Source: Escherichia coli
GTDB taxonomy: Bacteria > Pseudomonadota > Gammaproteobacteria > Enterobacterales > Enterobacteriaceae
Length of the DNA stretch: 64,000 nt
Direction: 5' to 3' (one strand)
Assembly: GCF_003334815.1 (NCBI RefSeq)
Contig: NZ_QOWO01000013.1
Positions 1-15,766 of this stretch are shown in pieces. The notes beneath the pieces were generated by a model. The model searched no databases and had not been told where the DNA came from. It saw nothing but the letters and a program-made list of their open reading frames with translations. Made by a program: the position numbers and the translations under genes. Position 1 is the stretch's first letter. Every line of letters begins with the position of its first letter.

Positions 1-91
1 CATTTGATCATATGACAAGATGTGTATCCACCTTAACTTAATGATTTTTACCAAAATCATTAGGGGATTCATCAGCACTCTGTAGTATTAA

Positions 92-1507
92 TTAAACTTC
101 TTTAAGTTTTGCGGTGAAGTGACGCAATACTTTCGGTTCGTACGTAAAGGTTAATCCTTTAATATTCGCCGCGTTCTCTTTCACATGTTTAAAGGCTTCA
201 ATAATGAAGTCCATATGTGTTTGAGTATATGTTGCGCGCGGAATGGTTAAACGCAGCAGTTCAGCCGGGCATGGCAGTTGTTTACCGGTTTTCGGATCGC
301 GGCCTAACAGGAAAGAGCCAATTTCTACCGCACGGATACCGGCGACTTTATACAGCTCGCAGGCCAGCGCCTGTGCCGGGAACTGGTCTGCCGGGATATG
401 CGGCAACAGTTTACCGGCATCAACGAATGCCGCGTGACCGCCCGCCTGCTGGCAGACAACGCCAATCTCTTCCAGACCATCGACCAGATACTGTACCTGC
501 GCGATACGATAAGCCAGCCAGTCGAGATTCATGCCGTCATACAGACCTACCGCCAGACGCTCCATCGCGCCGCCTTCCAGGCCGCCATATGTCGGGAAGC
601 CTTCCTGCACCACGCAAAGGGTTCTGCACTCGGTGTACACATCAAAGAAGCTGTCGTCTTTCATGCACAGCAGGCCGCCCATCGGCACCATCGCATCTTT
701 CTTGGCGGACATCGCCAGCATATCGGCATATTTGTAGGTTTCGCGGGTGATCTGCTCGATGGTCCAGTCTTTGTATTCTGCTTCACGCTGCTTGATGAAA
801 TAGGCGTTTTCAGCAAAGCGCGCGGAGTCCATTACCACCGGAATATCGTATTTCTTCGCGATGCTGTACATCGCTTTTAAGTTTGCCAGTGAAACCGGCT
901 GACCACCTGCAGAGTTACTGGTGATGGTTGCAACGATATACGGCACGTTATTCGGACCAACTTCTTCAATACCGCGTTCTAATCCCTCAAGGTCAAAGTT
1001 GCCTTTAAAGTCGTAACGCACGCCCGTATCGAAGGCTTCTTTGATATAGACGTTACGCACGGTACAGCCGTTGATCTGGCTATGGCCCTGCGTGGTATCA
1101 AAGAAATAGTTAGAGAACGCCACCATTTTGCTGCGATCCAGGCCTTTTTCCTGCTCGCGTTTTTTAATCAGTACCGGAATATAGATTTGCTCTGCGCCAC
1201 GGCCCTGGTGAGTCGGAATGGTGTATTGATAACCAAAGATATTTTTCACTGACTCGGCTAACGCATAGTAGCTACGACTGCCGCTGTAGGCTTCGTCGCC
1301 GCGCATCATCGCAGCCTGCATGCTCTGCGTCACCGCCCCGGTGCCGCTGTCGGTCAGTAAATCGATAAACACATCTTCGCTATCCAGCAGGAACGGGTTC
1401 ATACCGGATTTAATAATTGCCTCTTCACGATAAGCGCGAGTGGTACGTTTTACTGGCTCAATAACACGAATGCGGAACGGTTCAGGGAGATGTTTAAAGT
1501 TTTCCAT
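92..1507 (-). CDS. tnaA: Tryptophanase (PLP-dependent tryptophan indole-lyase)
   Basis: ORF 92..1522 translates to [18 protein letters not shown]... with the [15 protein letters not shown]-lysine region; start set at the MENF methionine to give 471 aa. Confidence 0.95.
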
Positions 1508-1727
1508 TACATAATCCTTCATTTATTTTAATTACAGTGATCCCTGTGAATATTACATCTGCTATACCGATTAATTCGCCAGATATATATGCAAGCACCA
1601 TCATTTACTAAAACAAGTAAATAAACGAGAGATGACCTTTGCAAAAGGCAAAATTAAGATATAGCAAACAAATAGATCACATTGAATCTAATCGGTTTGG
1701 CTCTGGTGATGGCTACAGAAGGGCAAA

Positions 1728-1802
1728 TCAAGGGCGGTGATCGACAATTTTGTTGTCAATATTGAACCATTTTGAGGTCACACATATATGTAAGATATTC
1801 AT
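1728..1802 (-). CDS. tnaC: tna operon leader peptide (24 aa, Trp-sensing nascent peptide)
   Basis: Minus-strand reading gives ATGAATATCTTACATATATGTGTGACCTCAAAATGGTTCAATATTGACAACAAAATTGTCGATCACCGCCCTTGA = MNILHICVTSKWFNIDNKIVDHRP, about 220 bp upstream of tnaA. Confidence 0.9.
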   Translation of the reverse strand: MNILHICVTSKWFNIDNKIVDHRP

Positions 1803-1877
1803 AATGCACTTATCCTCGCAAGACACGAGGCTACATTATTACACTCAGAGTTTTTGTCTATTCTGAAATTGTTTAAA

Positions 1878-1893
1878 TGTGAATCGAATCACA
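1878..1893. promoter_or_regulatory. CRP (CAP) binding site of the tna promoter
   Basis: Palindrome TGTGAATCGAATCACA (TGTGA-N6-TCACA) about 80 bp upstream of the tnaC start codon on the minus strand. Confidence 0.6.
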
Positions 1894-2044
1894 ATCGTTC
1901 GGGGAGCAATATTAAATGCTTTTTTTAAAGATTATAAATTACGTAAGAATTTTAATGTTTAAAAAAAGGGTTGAGGAATAACAGGAGTGGTAACAATGAA
2001 GCGAAGCCGCATCTGACAGTCAGAATGCGGCTTCGTAAGCGCGG

Positions 2045-3409
2045 TTACTTACCAATACAGAAGCTGGAGAAAATCCGCCCCAGCAGGTCGTCTGAAGTAA
2101 ATTCCCCGGTGATTTCGCTTAAGTTCTGCTGTGCCAGACGCAACTCTTCCGCCAGCAGTTCACCTGCCCAGGCTCCCAACAGTTGCGCTTTGCCCTGTTG
2201 TAGATGTTCCGCTGCCTGTTCCAGCGCCTGTAGGTGGCGACGACGCGCCAGGAAGCCGCCTTCCATGTTGGTGTCAAAGCCCATGCTCTGTTTGAGATGG
2301 TTACGCAGCACGTCCACGCCTTCACCAGTCCTTGCCGAGAGACGAATTAACGCGTGACCGTTCACTTCACTCATTCCCAGCGTTTCGCCGGTGATATCGG
2401 CTTTATTGCGCACCACGGTGATCGGCAGTTTCGCTGGCAGACGGGCAATAAATTCCGGCCAGATCTCTGCCGGATCCACGGCGTCTGTTGTGGTGCCATC
2501 GACCATAAACAGCACGCGGTCGGCCTGTTCAATTTCCTGCCACGCGCGCTCGATACCAATACGTTCTACTTCGTCACTGGCTTCACGTAGCCCGGCGGTA
2601 TCGATGATATGCAGCGGCATTCCGTCAATGTGGATATGCTCACGCAGCACGTCACGCGTAGTTCCGGCGATATCGGTTACGATTGCCGCTTCACGCCCCG
2701 CCAGCGCGTTTAACAGGCTCGATTTACCGGCGTTAGGACGTCCGGCAATCACCACTTTCATCCCTTCGCGCAACAAACTACCCTGACGTGCTTCAGCACG
2801 CACTGCATCAAGATCGGCAATAACGTCATTGAGCTGGGCTTCAATTTTTCCGTCGGAGAGGAAATCGATCTCTTCATCGGGGAAATCAATTGCCGCTTCG
2901 ACGTAAATGCGCAAGTGGGTGAGGGCTTCTACCAGATGATTAACCCGTGCGGAGAATGCGCCTTGCAGCGAGTTAAGTGCCGAACGGGCCGCCTGTTCCG
3001 AACTGGCGTCGATAAGATCGGCAATCGCCTCGGCCTGGGCTAAGTCAAGTTTATCGTTAAGAAACGCGCGTTCGGAAAACTCACCAGGGCGAGCAATCCG
3101 CAGGCCGGGAATGGTCAGAATGCGTTTTAACAGCAGGTCGAGGATCACCGGACCGCCATGACCTTGCAGTTCCAGCACATCTTCGCCGGTGAACGAGTTC
3201 GGGCCAGGGAACCATAGCGCAATCCCCTGATCGAGCACGCTGCCGTCGGCGTCTTTAAACGGAAGATAATCGGCGTAGCGCGGCTTAGGCAGTTTACCCA
3301 GCACGGTTTCGGCAACTTCACGGGCTTTGAAGCCGGAGATGCGCAGGATGCCAACGCCGCCACGTCCCGGAGGCGTGGCCTGGGCTACGATAGTGTCATT
3401 ATCGCTCAT
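2045..3409 (-). CDS. mnmE: tRNA modification GTPase MnmE (TrmE)
   Basis: 454-aa [29 protein letters not shown]... with G-domain motif [12 protein letters not shown] and C-terminal CIGK. Confidence 0.95.
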
Positions 3410-3430
3410 GATGTTCCTGTTGCTTTGTGT

Positions 3431-3459
3431 GGCGGATGCGCGGTGCTTATCCGCCCTAC
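3431..3459. repeat. REP (repetitive extragenic palindromic) element
   Basis: GGCGGATGCGCGGTGCTTATCCGCCCTAC, a typical REP palindrome between mnmE and yidC. Confidence 0.5.
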
Positions 3460-3460
3460 G

Positions 3461-3489
3461 AAAAGAAAAAAGGCGGTCAACTGACCGCC
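3461..3489 (-). terminator. Rho-independent terminator downstream of yidC
   Basis: Inverted repeat GGCGGTCAACTGACCGCC with an adjacent A-run on the plus strand (a T-run on the minus strand), immediately 3' of yidC. Confidence 0.6.
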
Positions 3490-3514
3490 CTTATTTTAGC
3501 GAAAACTCACCGAA

Positions 3515-5161
3515 TCAGGATTTTTTCTTCTCGCGGCTATGCAGGCCACGTTTTTCCAGACCACGGTAAATCAGCTGCTGCTGAATAATGGTTACCAGGT
3601 TGCTGACGATATAGTACAGCACCAGACCTGACGGGAACCACAGGAAGAACACGGTGAAGATGACCGGCATAAAGGTCATGATCTTCTGCTGCATCGGGTC
3701 GGTCACTGTGGTCGGCGACATCTTCTGAATGAAGAACATCGTTACGCCCATCAGGATCGGCAGGATGTAGTACGGGTCCTGTGCCGACAGGTCGTGGATC
3801 CACAGTGCAAACGGTGCCTGACGCAGTTCAACGGAACCCATCAGCATGTAGTACAACGCCAGGAAGATTGGCATCTGGATCAGCAGCGGGAAGCAGCCGC
3901 CCAGCGGGTTAACCTTCTCAGCTTTGTACAGCGCCATCATTTCCTGGCTGATACGCTGTTTGTCATCGCCCAGACGCTCACGCATTGCCTGAATCTTCGG
4001 CTGCAACATACGCATCTTCGCCATGGAGGTGTACTGCGCTTTGGTCAGCGGGTACATGATGCCACGAACGATAAAGGTGATGATGATAATGGAGAAGCCC
4101 CAGTTACCCACAAAGCTATGGATCCATTTCAGCAGTTTGAACAGCGGCTGAGAGATGAACCACAACCAACCGTAATCAACGGTCAGATCCAGGTGCGGAG
4201 CAACAGCTGCCATTTTGTCCTGGATTTCCGGGCCAACCCACAGGGTGCTGTTCATCGCGCCAGTCTGACCAGGCTGAACCAGTACCGGCTGAGATTTATA
4301 GCCGATAGCGGCGATGCCGTTACCCAGATTAGCGGTATAGAAGTTGTTGGTACCGTCGTTATGCGGGATCCACGCCGTCGCGAAATACTGTTGCAGCATC
4401 GCCACCCAACCACCTTTCGAAGAGATGTTCAGGTTTTCGTTATCGGCAATGGTATCGAACTTGTATTTCTCATACTTCTCGTCAGGCGTGGAGTACGCCG
4501 CGCCACGGAAGGTGTGCAGTGCGAAGTTGCTGCTTCCGGTATCGAGATGCGGTGGCAGAGTGATGGATTGCTTCAACTGACCAAACGAGGAGATTTCCAG
4601 CGGTTTCTCGCCAGCGTTCTGCACGTTGTAGTTGACGTTGACAGCGTAATCACCACGTTTCAGGACAAACGTTTTGGTAAACGTGTTGCCTGCCGCGTCG
4701 GTATACGTCATCGGCACCTGCAGTTCGTTTTGACCTTCAGCCAGCACATAAGCGTCTTTTTCAACGTTATACAGCGGACGCGGGCCGTTAGCCGGGTTAT
4801 CCGGGCCATCACGACCGGTCAGACCGCTCTGTGCCTGATAAATAAACTGCGGTGAAGTTTCCAACAGCTGGAACGGCTGGGTAGAGTTCAGCTCTTTCGG
4901 GTAAGCAGGCAGCAGAGCTTGCTCAACATCACCACCACGGGTGTTGATGGTCAGATCAAGCACGTCGGTCTTAACCGAGATCAGTTTCCCCTGGCCACTG
5001 GCCGGTACGCCCTGGTCGGCGGCGCTACCCGCTGCGGTGGTCGTTGTCTGCGTGGTCTGTTGGGCCTGAGGTTGCGGGTTTTTATCCTGCTCCCAGGCTT
5101 GCCAGATCATGAAAGACACGAACAGCAAAGCGATGACTAAAAGATTGCGTTGCGAATCCAT
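3515..5161 (-). CDS. yidC: Membrane protein insertase YidC
   Basis: 548-aa [35 protein letters not shown]..., in the conserved rpmH-rnpA-yidD-yidC-mnmE context. Confidence 0.95.
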
Positions 5162-5163
5162 CG

Positions 5164-5421
5164 TTAGTGTTCTCTGGTATCAAATGGTCCGGGCGGGACG
5201 GGATCGTCACCACCAGGGTGTAAAGGGTGGCATTTTAATACGCGTTTCACCGTCAACCAACTGCCTTTTATCACTCCAAACCTGCGCAATGCCTCAATTC
5301 CGTAGCTTGAACAGGTTGGAGTGAAACGACAATGCGGCCCGAGTAGCGGACTAATCAGGCGTTGATAGACCCGAATGAGGGCTATCAGGACCCGCGAGCC
5401 AGGCGACAGTGGCGGCGCCAT
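5164..5421 (-). CDS. yidD: Membrane protein insertion efficiency factor YidD
   Basis: 85-aa ORF directly upstream of yidC; overlaps the 3' end of rnpA as in E. coli. Confidence 0.9.
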
Positions 5422-5744
5422 AATTTTTCCAACGCTTCCGAGAGAGCACGGTTATCGAGGTCGGCAACCCCTTTTTTCGCCACCACCACGAAATCCATAG
5501 CCGGGAGTTCATGTTGGCGCAGACGGAAGCTTTCACGCGTCAGACGTTTAATCCGATTGCGTTCATGGGCGCGTCGAACGTTTTTCTTGGCGACTGTAAG
5601 ACCGATACGGGGATGCCCCAGCGAATTCAGGCGGCCGAGAATGGTAATTTGCGGCGTGCCAGCCCGTTGTGGCTGCTGGAAGACGAATGTGAATTGACTG
5701 GGAGTTAACAAGCGTAACTCCCTGGGAAATGCGAGCTTAACCAC
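5385..5744 (-). CDS. rnpA: RNase P protein component
   Basis: 119-aa basic [57 protein letters not shown]... immediately downstream of rpmH. Confidence 0.95.
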
Positions 5745-5760
5745 TCAGGGGTTAGCTTTA

Positions 5761-5913
<153 letters not shown>

Positions 5914-6289
5914 CTAAACTTGAATAAATTCAATGGCTTTATTGGATATCCGCCGAAAAATGAAACGATGGACACCGAAGCCATGGGTGATTAAAGAGGC
6001 CGGATTGTAATAATTGTACACTCCGGAGTCAATTCTCTTTCCTTATTTACCGCGCTTTTCCGCACCTTTTCGCAGGGAAAATGTACGACCTCACACCAGT
6101 GGAAACCAGCATGGCGCGCCGGGTGGAGGATTATACGGGCTGATGGGTAAAGCGCAAGGATCGTCCTGGATCTTTATTAGATCGATTAAGCCAATTTTTG
6201 TCTATGGTCATTAAATTTTCCAATATGCGGCGTAAATCGTGCCCGCCTCGCGGCAGGATCGTTTACACTTAGCGAGTTCTGGAAAGTCC

Positions 6290-6298
6290 TGTGGATAA
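6290..6298. promoter_or_regulatory. DnaA box in the dnaA promoter region (autoregulation)
   Basis: TGTGGATAA (reverse complement TTATCCACA) about 210 bp upstream of the dnaA GTG start. Confidence 0.7.
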
Positions 6299-6324
6299 AT
6301 CGGGAAAATCTGTGAGAAACAGAA

Positions 6325-6384
6325 GATCTCTTGCGCAGTTTAGGCTATGATCCGCGGTCCCGATCGTTTTGCAGGATCTTGATC
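6325..6384. promoter_or_regulatory. GATC (Dam site) cluster in the dnaA promoter region
   Basis: Five GATC sites within 60 bp, at 6325, 6349, 6362, 6375 and 6381. Confidence 0.7.
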
Positions 6385-6507
6385 GGGCATATAACCGCAG
6401 ACAGCGGTTCGTGCGTCACCCTCAAGCAGGGTCTTTTCGACGTACGTCAACAATCATGAATGTTTCAGCCTTAGTCATTATCGACTTTTGTTCGAGTGGA
6501 GTCCGCC

Positions 6508-7911
6508 GTGTCACTTTCGCTTTGGCAGCAGTGTCTTGCCCGATTGCAGGATGAGTTACCAGCCACAGAATTCAGTATGTGGATACGCCCATTGCAGGCG
6601 GAACTGAGCGATAACACGCTGGCCCTGTACGCGCCAAACCGTTTTGTCCTCGATTGGGTACGGGACAAGTACCTTAATAATATCAATGGACTGCTAACCA
6701 GTTTCTGCGGAGCGGATGCCCCACAGCTGCGTTTTGAAGTCGGCACCAAACCGGTGACGCAAACGCCACAAGCGGCAGTGACGAGCAACGTCGCGGCCCC
6801 TGCACAGGTGGCGCAAACGCAGCCGCAACGTGCTGCGCCTTCTACGCGCTCAGGTTGGGATAACGTCCCGGCCCCGGCAGAACCGACCTATCGTTCTAAC
6901 GTAAACGTCAAACACACGTTTGATAACTTCGTTGAAGGTAAATCTAACCAACTGGCGCGCGCGGCGGCTCGCCAGGTGGCGGATAACCCTGGCGGTGCCT
7001 ATAACCCGTTGTTCCTTTATGGCGGCACGGGTCTGGGTAAAACTCACCTGCTGCATGCGGTGGGTAACGGCATTATGGCGCGCAAGCCGAATGCCAAAGT
7101 GGTTTATATGCACTCCGAGCGCTTTGTTCAGGACATGGTTAAAGCCCTGCAAAACAACGCGATCGAAGAGTTTAAACGCTACTACCGTTCCGTAGATGCA
7201 CTGCTGATCGACGATATTCAGTTTTTTGCTAATAAAGAACGATCTCAGGAAGAGTTTTTCCACACCTTCAACGCCCTGCTGGAAGGTAATCAACAGATCA
7301 TTCTCACCTCGGATCGCTATCCGAAAGAGATCAACGGCGTTGAGGATCGTTTGAAATCCCGCTTCGGTTGGGGACTGACTGTGGCGATCGAACCGCCAGA
7401 GCTGGAAACCCGTGTGGCGATCCTGATGAAAAAGGCCGACGAAAACGACATTCGTTTGCCGGGCGAAGTGGCGTTCTTTATCGCCAAGCGTCTACGATCT
7501 AACGTACGTGAGCTGGAAGGGGCGCTGAACCGCGTCATTGCCAATGCCAACTTTACCGGACGGGCGATCACCATCGACTTCGTGCGTGAGGCGCTGCGCG
7601 ACTTGCTGGCATTGCAGGAAAAACTGGTCACCATCGACAATATTCAGAAGACGGTGGCGGAGTACTACAAGATCAAAGTCGCGGATCTCCTTTCCAAGCG
7701 TCGATCCCGCTCGGTGGCGCGTCCGCGCCAGATGGCGATGGCGCTGGCGAAAGAGCTGACTAACCACAGTCTGCCGGAGATTGGCGATGCGTTTGGTGGC
7801 CGTGACCACACGACGGTGCTTCATGCCTGCCGTAAGATCGAGCAGTTGCGTGAAGAGAGCCACGATATCAAAGAAGATTTTTCAAATTTAATCAGAACAT
7901 TGTCATCGTAA
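6508..7911 (+). CDS. dnaA: Chromosomal replication initiator protein DnaA
   Basis: GTG start giving [33 protein letters not shown]..., Walker [18 protein letters not shown]-terminal DNA-binding domain; 467 aa. Confidence 0.95.
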
Positions 7912-7915
7912 ACCT

Positions 7916-9015
7916 ATGAAATTTACCGTAGAACGTGAGCATTTATTAAAACCGCTACAACAGGTGAGCGGTCCGTTAGGTGGTCGTCCTACGCTACCGA
8001 TTCTCGGTAATCTGCTGTTACAGGTTGCTGACGGTACGTTGTCGCTGACCGGTACTGATCTCGAGATGGAAATGGTGGCACGTGTTGCGCTGGTTCAGCC
8101 ACACGAGCCAGGAGCGACGACCGTTCCGGCGCGCAAATTCTTTGATATCTGCCGTGGTCTGCCTGAAGGCGCGGAAATTGCCGTGCAGCTGGAAGGTGAA
8201 CGGATGCTGGTACGCTCCGGGCGTAGCCGTTTTTCGCTGTCTACCCTGCCAGCGGCGGATTTCCCGAACCTCGATGACTGGCAGAGTGAAGTCGAATTTA
8301 CCCTGCCGCAGGCAACGATGAAGCGTCTGATTGAAGCGACCCAGTTTTCTATGGCGCATCAGGACGTTCGCTATTACTTAAATGGTATGCTGTTTGAAAC
8401 CGAAGGTGAAGAACTGCGCACCGTGGCAACCGACGGCCACCGTCTGGCGGTCTGTTCAATGCCAATTGGTCAATCTTTGCCAAGCCATTCGGTGATCGTA
8501 CCGCGTAAAGGCGTGATTGAACTGATGCGTATGCTCGACGGCGGCGACAATCCGCTGCGCGTACAGATTGGCAGCAACAACATTCGCGCCCACGTTGGCG
8601 ACTTTATCTTCACCTCCAAACTGGTGGATGGTCGCTTCCCGGATTATCGCCGCGTTCTGCCGAAGAACCCGGACAAACATCTGGAAGCTGGCTGCGATCT
8701 GCTCAAGCAGGCGTTTGCTCGCGCGGCGATTCTCTCTAACGAGAAATTCCGCGGCGTACGTCTTTATGTCAGCGAAAACCAGCTGAAAATCACCGCCAAC
8801 AACCCGGAACAGGAAGAAGCGGAAGAGATCCTCGACGTTACCTATAGCGGTGCGGAGATGGAAATCGGCTTCAACGTCAGTTATGTGCTGGATGTTCTGA
8901 ACGCGCTGAAATGCGAAAACGTCCGCATGATGCTGACCGATTCGGTTTCCAGCGTGCAGATTGAAGATGCGGCCAGCCAGAGCGCGGCTTATGTTGTCAT
9001 GCCAATGAGACTGTA

Positions 9016-9016
<1 letters not shown>
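7916..9016 (+). CDS. dnaN: DNA polymerase III beta sliding clamp
   Basis: 366-aa [60 protein letters not shown]... ending ...MPMRL, directly after dnaA. Confidence 0.95.
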
Positions 9017-12532
<3,516 letters not shown>

Positions 12533-12553
12533 TGGCGCTAACCATGCGAGCGT

Positions 12554-12654
12554 GCCTGATGCGCTACGCTTATCAGGCCTACGAAAATCTTGCAATGTAT
12601 TGAATTTTCATGATTTTGTAGGCCGGATAAGGCGTTCACGCCGCATCCGGCAAG
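12554..12654. repeat. BIME (two inverted REP elements) downstream of gyrB
   Basis: GCCTGATGCGCTACGCTTATCAGGCCTAC followed by GTAGGCCGGATAAGGCGTTCACGCCGCATCCGGCAAG, separated by a short linker. Confidence 0.75.
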
Positions 12655-12771
12655 AAGCTATAAGAAAAGGGCGGAGATCATCTCCGCCCTTTTTATTTCT
12701 GCAATCCGCAATTATCATCCCGCAAATCTATACTTTTTGGGTCAACACGTAACGCTTTACAGGTGATTATC

Positions 12772-13170
12772 ATGGGGCTTTTTGATGAAGTTGTCGGTGC
12801 CTTTCTGAAAGGCGATGCGGGGAAATATCAGGCTATTTTAAGTTGGGTTGAGGAGCAGGGCGGCATTCAGGTGCTGCTGGAAAAACTGCAAAGTGGCGGC
12901 TTAGGGGCCATTCTCTCAACCTGGCTGAGTAATCAACAGGGCAATCAATCGGTTAGTGGCGAGCAACTGGAATCGGCGCTCGGCACAAATGCGGTGTCCG
13001 ATCTCGGGCAAAAACTTGGCGTGGATACCAGTACAGCTTCCATTTTACTGGCAGAACAATTGCCGAAGATTATTGATGCGCTCTCACCGCAAGGTGAAGT
13101 GTCACCACAAGCCAATAACGATCTGCTTTCCGCAGGCATGGAACTGCTGAAAGGGAAACTCTTCCGCTAA
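12772..13170 (+). CDS. yidB: Uncharacterized protein YidB (DUF937)
   Basis: ORF MGLFDEVVGAFLKGDAG...; start set at the MGLF methionine (132 aa). Confidence 0.8.
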   Translation: MGLFDEVVGAFLKGDAGKYQAILSWVEEQGGIQVLLEKLQSGGLGAILSTWLSNQQGNQSVSGEQLESALGTNAVSDLGQKLGVDTSTASILLAEQLPKIIDALSPQGEVSPQANNDLLSAGMELLKGKLFR

Positions 13171-13284
13171 GCAAAAAGGGAGCACGCAACGCGCGTTGCA
13201 TCCCCCTTTTCCCTCGGGTGTTGTACTGATTTTTGAGCGGAATCGCGTTAGCATGGGTCAGGAACCAATCTACCTGGGGAACTC

Positions 13285-14097
13285 ATGGCTATTAAACTCA
13301 TTGCTATCGATATGGATGGTACCCTTCTGCTGCCCGATCACACCATTTCACCCGCCGTTAAAAATGCGATTGCCGCAGCTCGCGCCCGTGGCGTGAATGT
13401 CGTGCTAACGACGGGTCGCCCGTATGCAGGTGTGCACAACTACCTGAAAGAGCTGCATATGGAACAGCCGGGCGACTACTGCATTACTTATAACGGCGCG
13501 CTGGTACAGAAGGCCGCTGATGGTAGCACCGTGGCGCAAACTGCTCTCAGCTATGACGACTATCGTTTCCTGGAAAAACTCTCTCGCGAAGTCGGTTCTC
13601 ATTTCCACGCCCTGGACCGCACCACGCTGTACACCGCCAACCGTGATATCAGCTACTACACGGTGCATGAATCCTTCGTTGCCACCATTCCGCTGGTGTT
13701 CTGCGAAGCGGAGAAAATGGACCCCAATACCCAGTTCCTGAAAGTGATGATGATTGATGAACCCGCCATCCTCGACCAGGCTATCGCGCGTATTCCGCAG
13801 GAAGTGAAAGAGAAATATACCGTGCTGAAAAGTGCGCCGTACTTCCTCGAAATCCTCGATAAACGCGTTAACAAAGGTACGGGGGTGAAATCACTGGCCG
13901 ACGTGTTAGGTATTAAACCGGAAGAAATCATGGCGATTGGCGATCAGGAAAACGATATCGCAATGATTGAATATGCAGGCGTCGGTGTGGCGATGGATAA
14001 CGCTATTCCTTCAGTGAAAGAAGTGGCGAACTTTGTCACCAAATCTAACCTTGAAGATGGCGTGGCGTTTGCTATTGAGAAGTATGTGCTGAATTAA
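13285..14097 (+). CDS. yidA: HAD-superfamily sugar phosphatase YidA
   Basis: 270-aa ORF MAIKLIAIDMDGTLL... with the HAD motif I DxDGT and Cof-type architecture. Confidence 0.9.
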   Translation: MAIKLIAIDMDGTLLLPDHTISPAVKNAIAAARARGVNVVLTTGRPYAGVHNYLKELHMEQPGDYCITYNGALVQKAADGSTVAQTALSYDDYRFLEKLSREVGSHFHALDRTTLYTANRDISYYTVHESFVATIPLVFCEAEKMDPNTQFLKVMMIDEPAILDQAIARIPQEVKEKYTVLKSAPYFLEILDKRVNKGTGVKSLADVLGIKPEEIMAIGDQENDIAMIEYAGVGVAMDNAIPSVKEVANFVTKSNLEDGVAFAIEKYVLN

Positions 14098-14104
14098 TCT
14101 GTGG

Positions 14105-14135
14105 GCGGGCAAACAGCATAAACGCGTTTGCCCGC
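14105..14135. terminator. Inverted-repeat terminator between convergent yidA and yidX
   Basis: GCGGGCAAACAGCATAAACGCGTTTGCCCGC, a perfect 10-bp stem, between the two stop codons. Confidence 0.6.
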
Positions 14136-14142
14136 TTACTGA

Positions 14143-14799
14143 TTATTGGTTTACTGCATATACAACCAGAAATTGCAGCGGTGCAGTAATGATGTCCAGC
14201 GTAACAGTCACTGGCAGTAATGCTGCGGAAACACCATCCGGAATGCCTCTGGGTGAATAGTATTCATAAAATCGCACTTTAAATGGATGGTAGAACGCCA
14301 TCACCTTTGAGTAATCCATGTTTTTATTTTTCTCATGGATTGTGCCTTTTAGGTTTTCCAGTGACCTGGTACAGTGTTGAACACCACAGGCAAAACCATA
14401 ATGCGTTGCCAGTGCCTTTTCTTCTTCGTTATTCCAGTAGTAGTAAAGCGATATTGTGCCGGTAAATTTCTTTTTCCCCGCATTTAAAACAAATCTTGCG
14501 TCATCGGCAACCTGAATATTGTGCCGGTTAAGTGCTGGATCATTGAGCATCTTAACGATGTCATCGGCACCATCAGTGATAAGGTAATCCAGCGATTCCC
14601 CTACAAAAACATAGCCTTTTGTTCCATTACTATCTTTTGCCTGCGATAGCCCAGTGATGGTGTCTGACTGCGATTGATACTTTCCTGAACTACCCTTTGC
14701 GGTATGGGAAACCAGAGCATACGAGATACAGCCTGAAAGCATCAGCGCCAGTGGGAATAAACCGGCAGCCTTAAAAAATCCCTTAAAATTCAACTTCAT
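14143..14799 (-). CDS. yidX: Putative lipoprotein YidX
   Basis: [31 protein letters not shown]... with a lipobox (LSGC); start set at the MKLNF methionine to give 218 aa. Confidence 0.8.
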
Positions 14800-15076
14800 G
14801 ATTAATCCTTTAAACGAGTAGCTAAGCCGTTGAAAGCATACTCTTCTTTCCCTCCTGTTTAGCGCCTGATATCCCTTTTCAGATTTCTGCCCGACGCATG
14901 TCATTTTTTTATGCATTGTTCTTTTTGTGATCTAAATTGTAGTACAACAATATAAGTTTGTACTACATTACACGCACGGCAAACGCGAACGTCATCACGC
15001 TGGTACTACAAAGTTGCCGCGTTATGCATCGATCGGGGTAAAGTAGAGAAGAACATACAGAGCACAAGGACTCTCC

Positions 15077-15766
15077 ATGACTCTCAATAAAACCGATCGC
15101 ATTGTCATTACGCTGGGTAAACAGATCGTTCACGGCAAATACGTGCCAGGCTCGCCGCTTCCGGCTGAGGCGGAACTCTGTGAGGAGTTTGCAACCTCGC
15201 GCAACATCATCCGTGAGGTGTTCCGTTCGCTGATGGCGAAGCGGCTGATTGAAATGAAACGTTATCGCGGGGCGTTTGTGGCACCGCGTAACCAGTGGAA
15301 TTACCTCGACACTGACGTACTGCAATGGGTGCTGGAAAATGACTACGACCCACGGCTTATCAGTGCCATGAGCGAAGTGCGAAATCTGGTGGAACCGGCG
15401 ATTGCCCGTTGGGCAGCAGAGCGCGCGACTTCCAGCGATCTGGCGCAGATTGAATCGGCGCTGAACGAGATGATTGCCAACAATCAGGACCGCGAAGCGT
15501 TTAACGAAGCGGATATTCGCTACCACGAGGCGGTGCTGCAGTCGGTGCATAACCCGGTGTTACAGCAACTTAGCATTGCGATCAGTTCGCTGCAGCGGGC
15601 GGTTTTTGAACGAACCTGGATGGGCGATGAGGCCAACATGCCGCAAACGCTCCAGGAACATAAGGCGCTGTTCGATGCGATACGACATCAGGACGGCGAT
15701 GCGGCAGAGCAGGCGGCGCTTACCATGATCGCCAGCTCGACACGAAGGTTAAAGGAAATCACATGA
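15077..15766 (+). CDS. dgoR: Galactonate operon transcriptional repressor (GntR/FadR family)
   Basis: 229-aa ORF with an N-terminal winged-HTH; first gene of a dgo-type cluster. Confidence 0.9.
   Translation: MTLNKTDRIVITLGKQIVHGKYVPGSPLPAEAELCEEFATSRNIIREVFRSLMAKRLIEMKRYRGAFVAPRNQWNYLDTDVLQWVLENDYDPRLISAMSEVRNLVEPAIARWAAERATSSDLAQIESALNEMIANNQDREAFNEADIRYHEAVLQSVHNPVLQQLSIAISSLQRAVFERTWMGDEANMPQTLQEHKALFDAIRHQDGDAAEQAALTMIASSTRRLKEIT

Noticed and set aside
217-880. Several plus-strand ORFs (up to 177 codons) inside tnaA
   Set aside because: They are antisense to tryptophanase, and the translations are Arg/Pro-rich with no domain-like features.
3794-4855. 353-codon ORF on the plus strand, antisense to yidC
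   Set aside because: It lies entirely within the well-supported yidC coding region on the opposite strand. Long antisense ORFs are common in GC-rich coding DNA; there is no RBS or recognisable protein features.
6200-6510. Possible replication origin (oriC) next to dnaA
   Set aside because: Only a single DnaA box and a GATC cluster typical of the dnaA promoter are present; there are no tandem 13-mer AT-rich repeats or arrays of DnaA boxes. In E. coli oriC lies roughly 40 kb away, between mioC and mnmG, outside this window.
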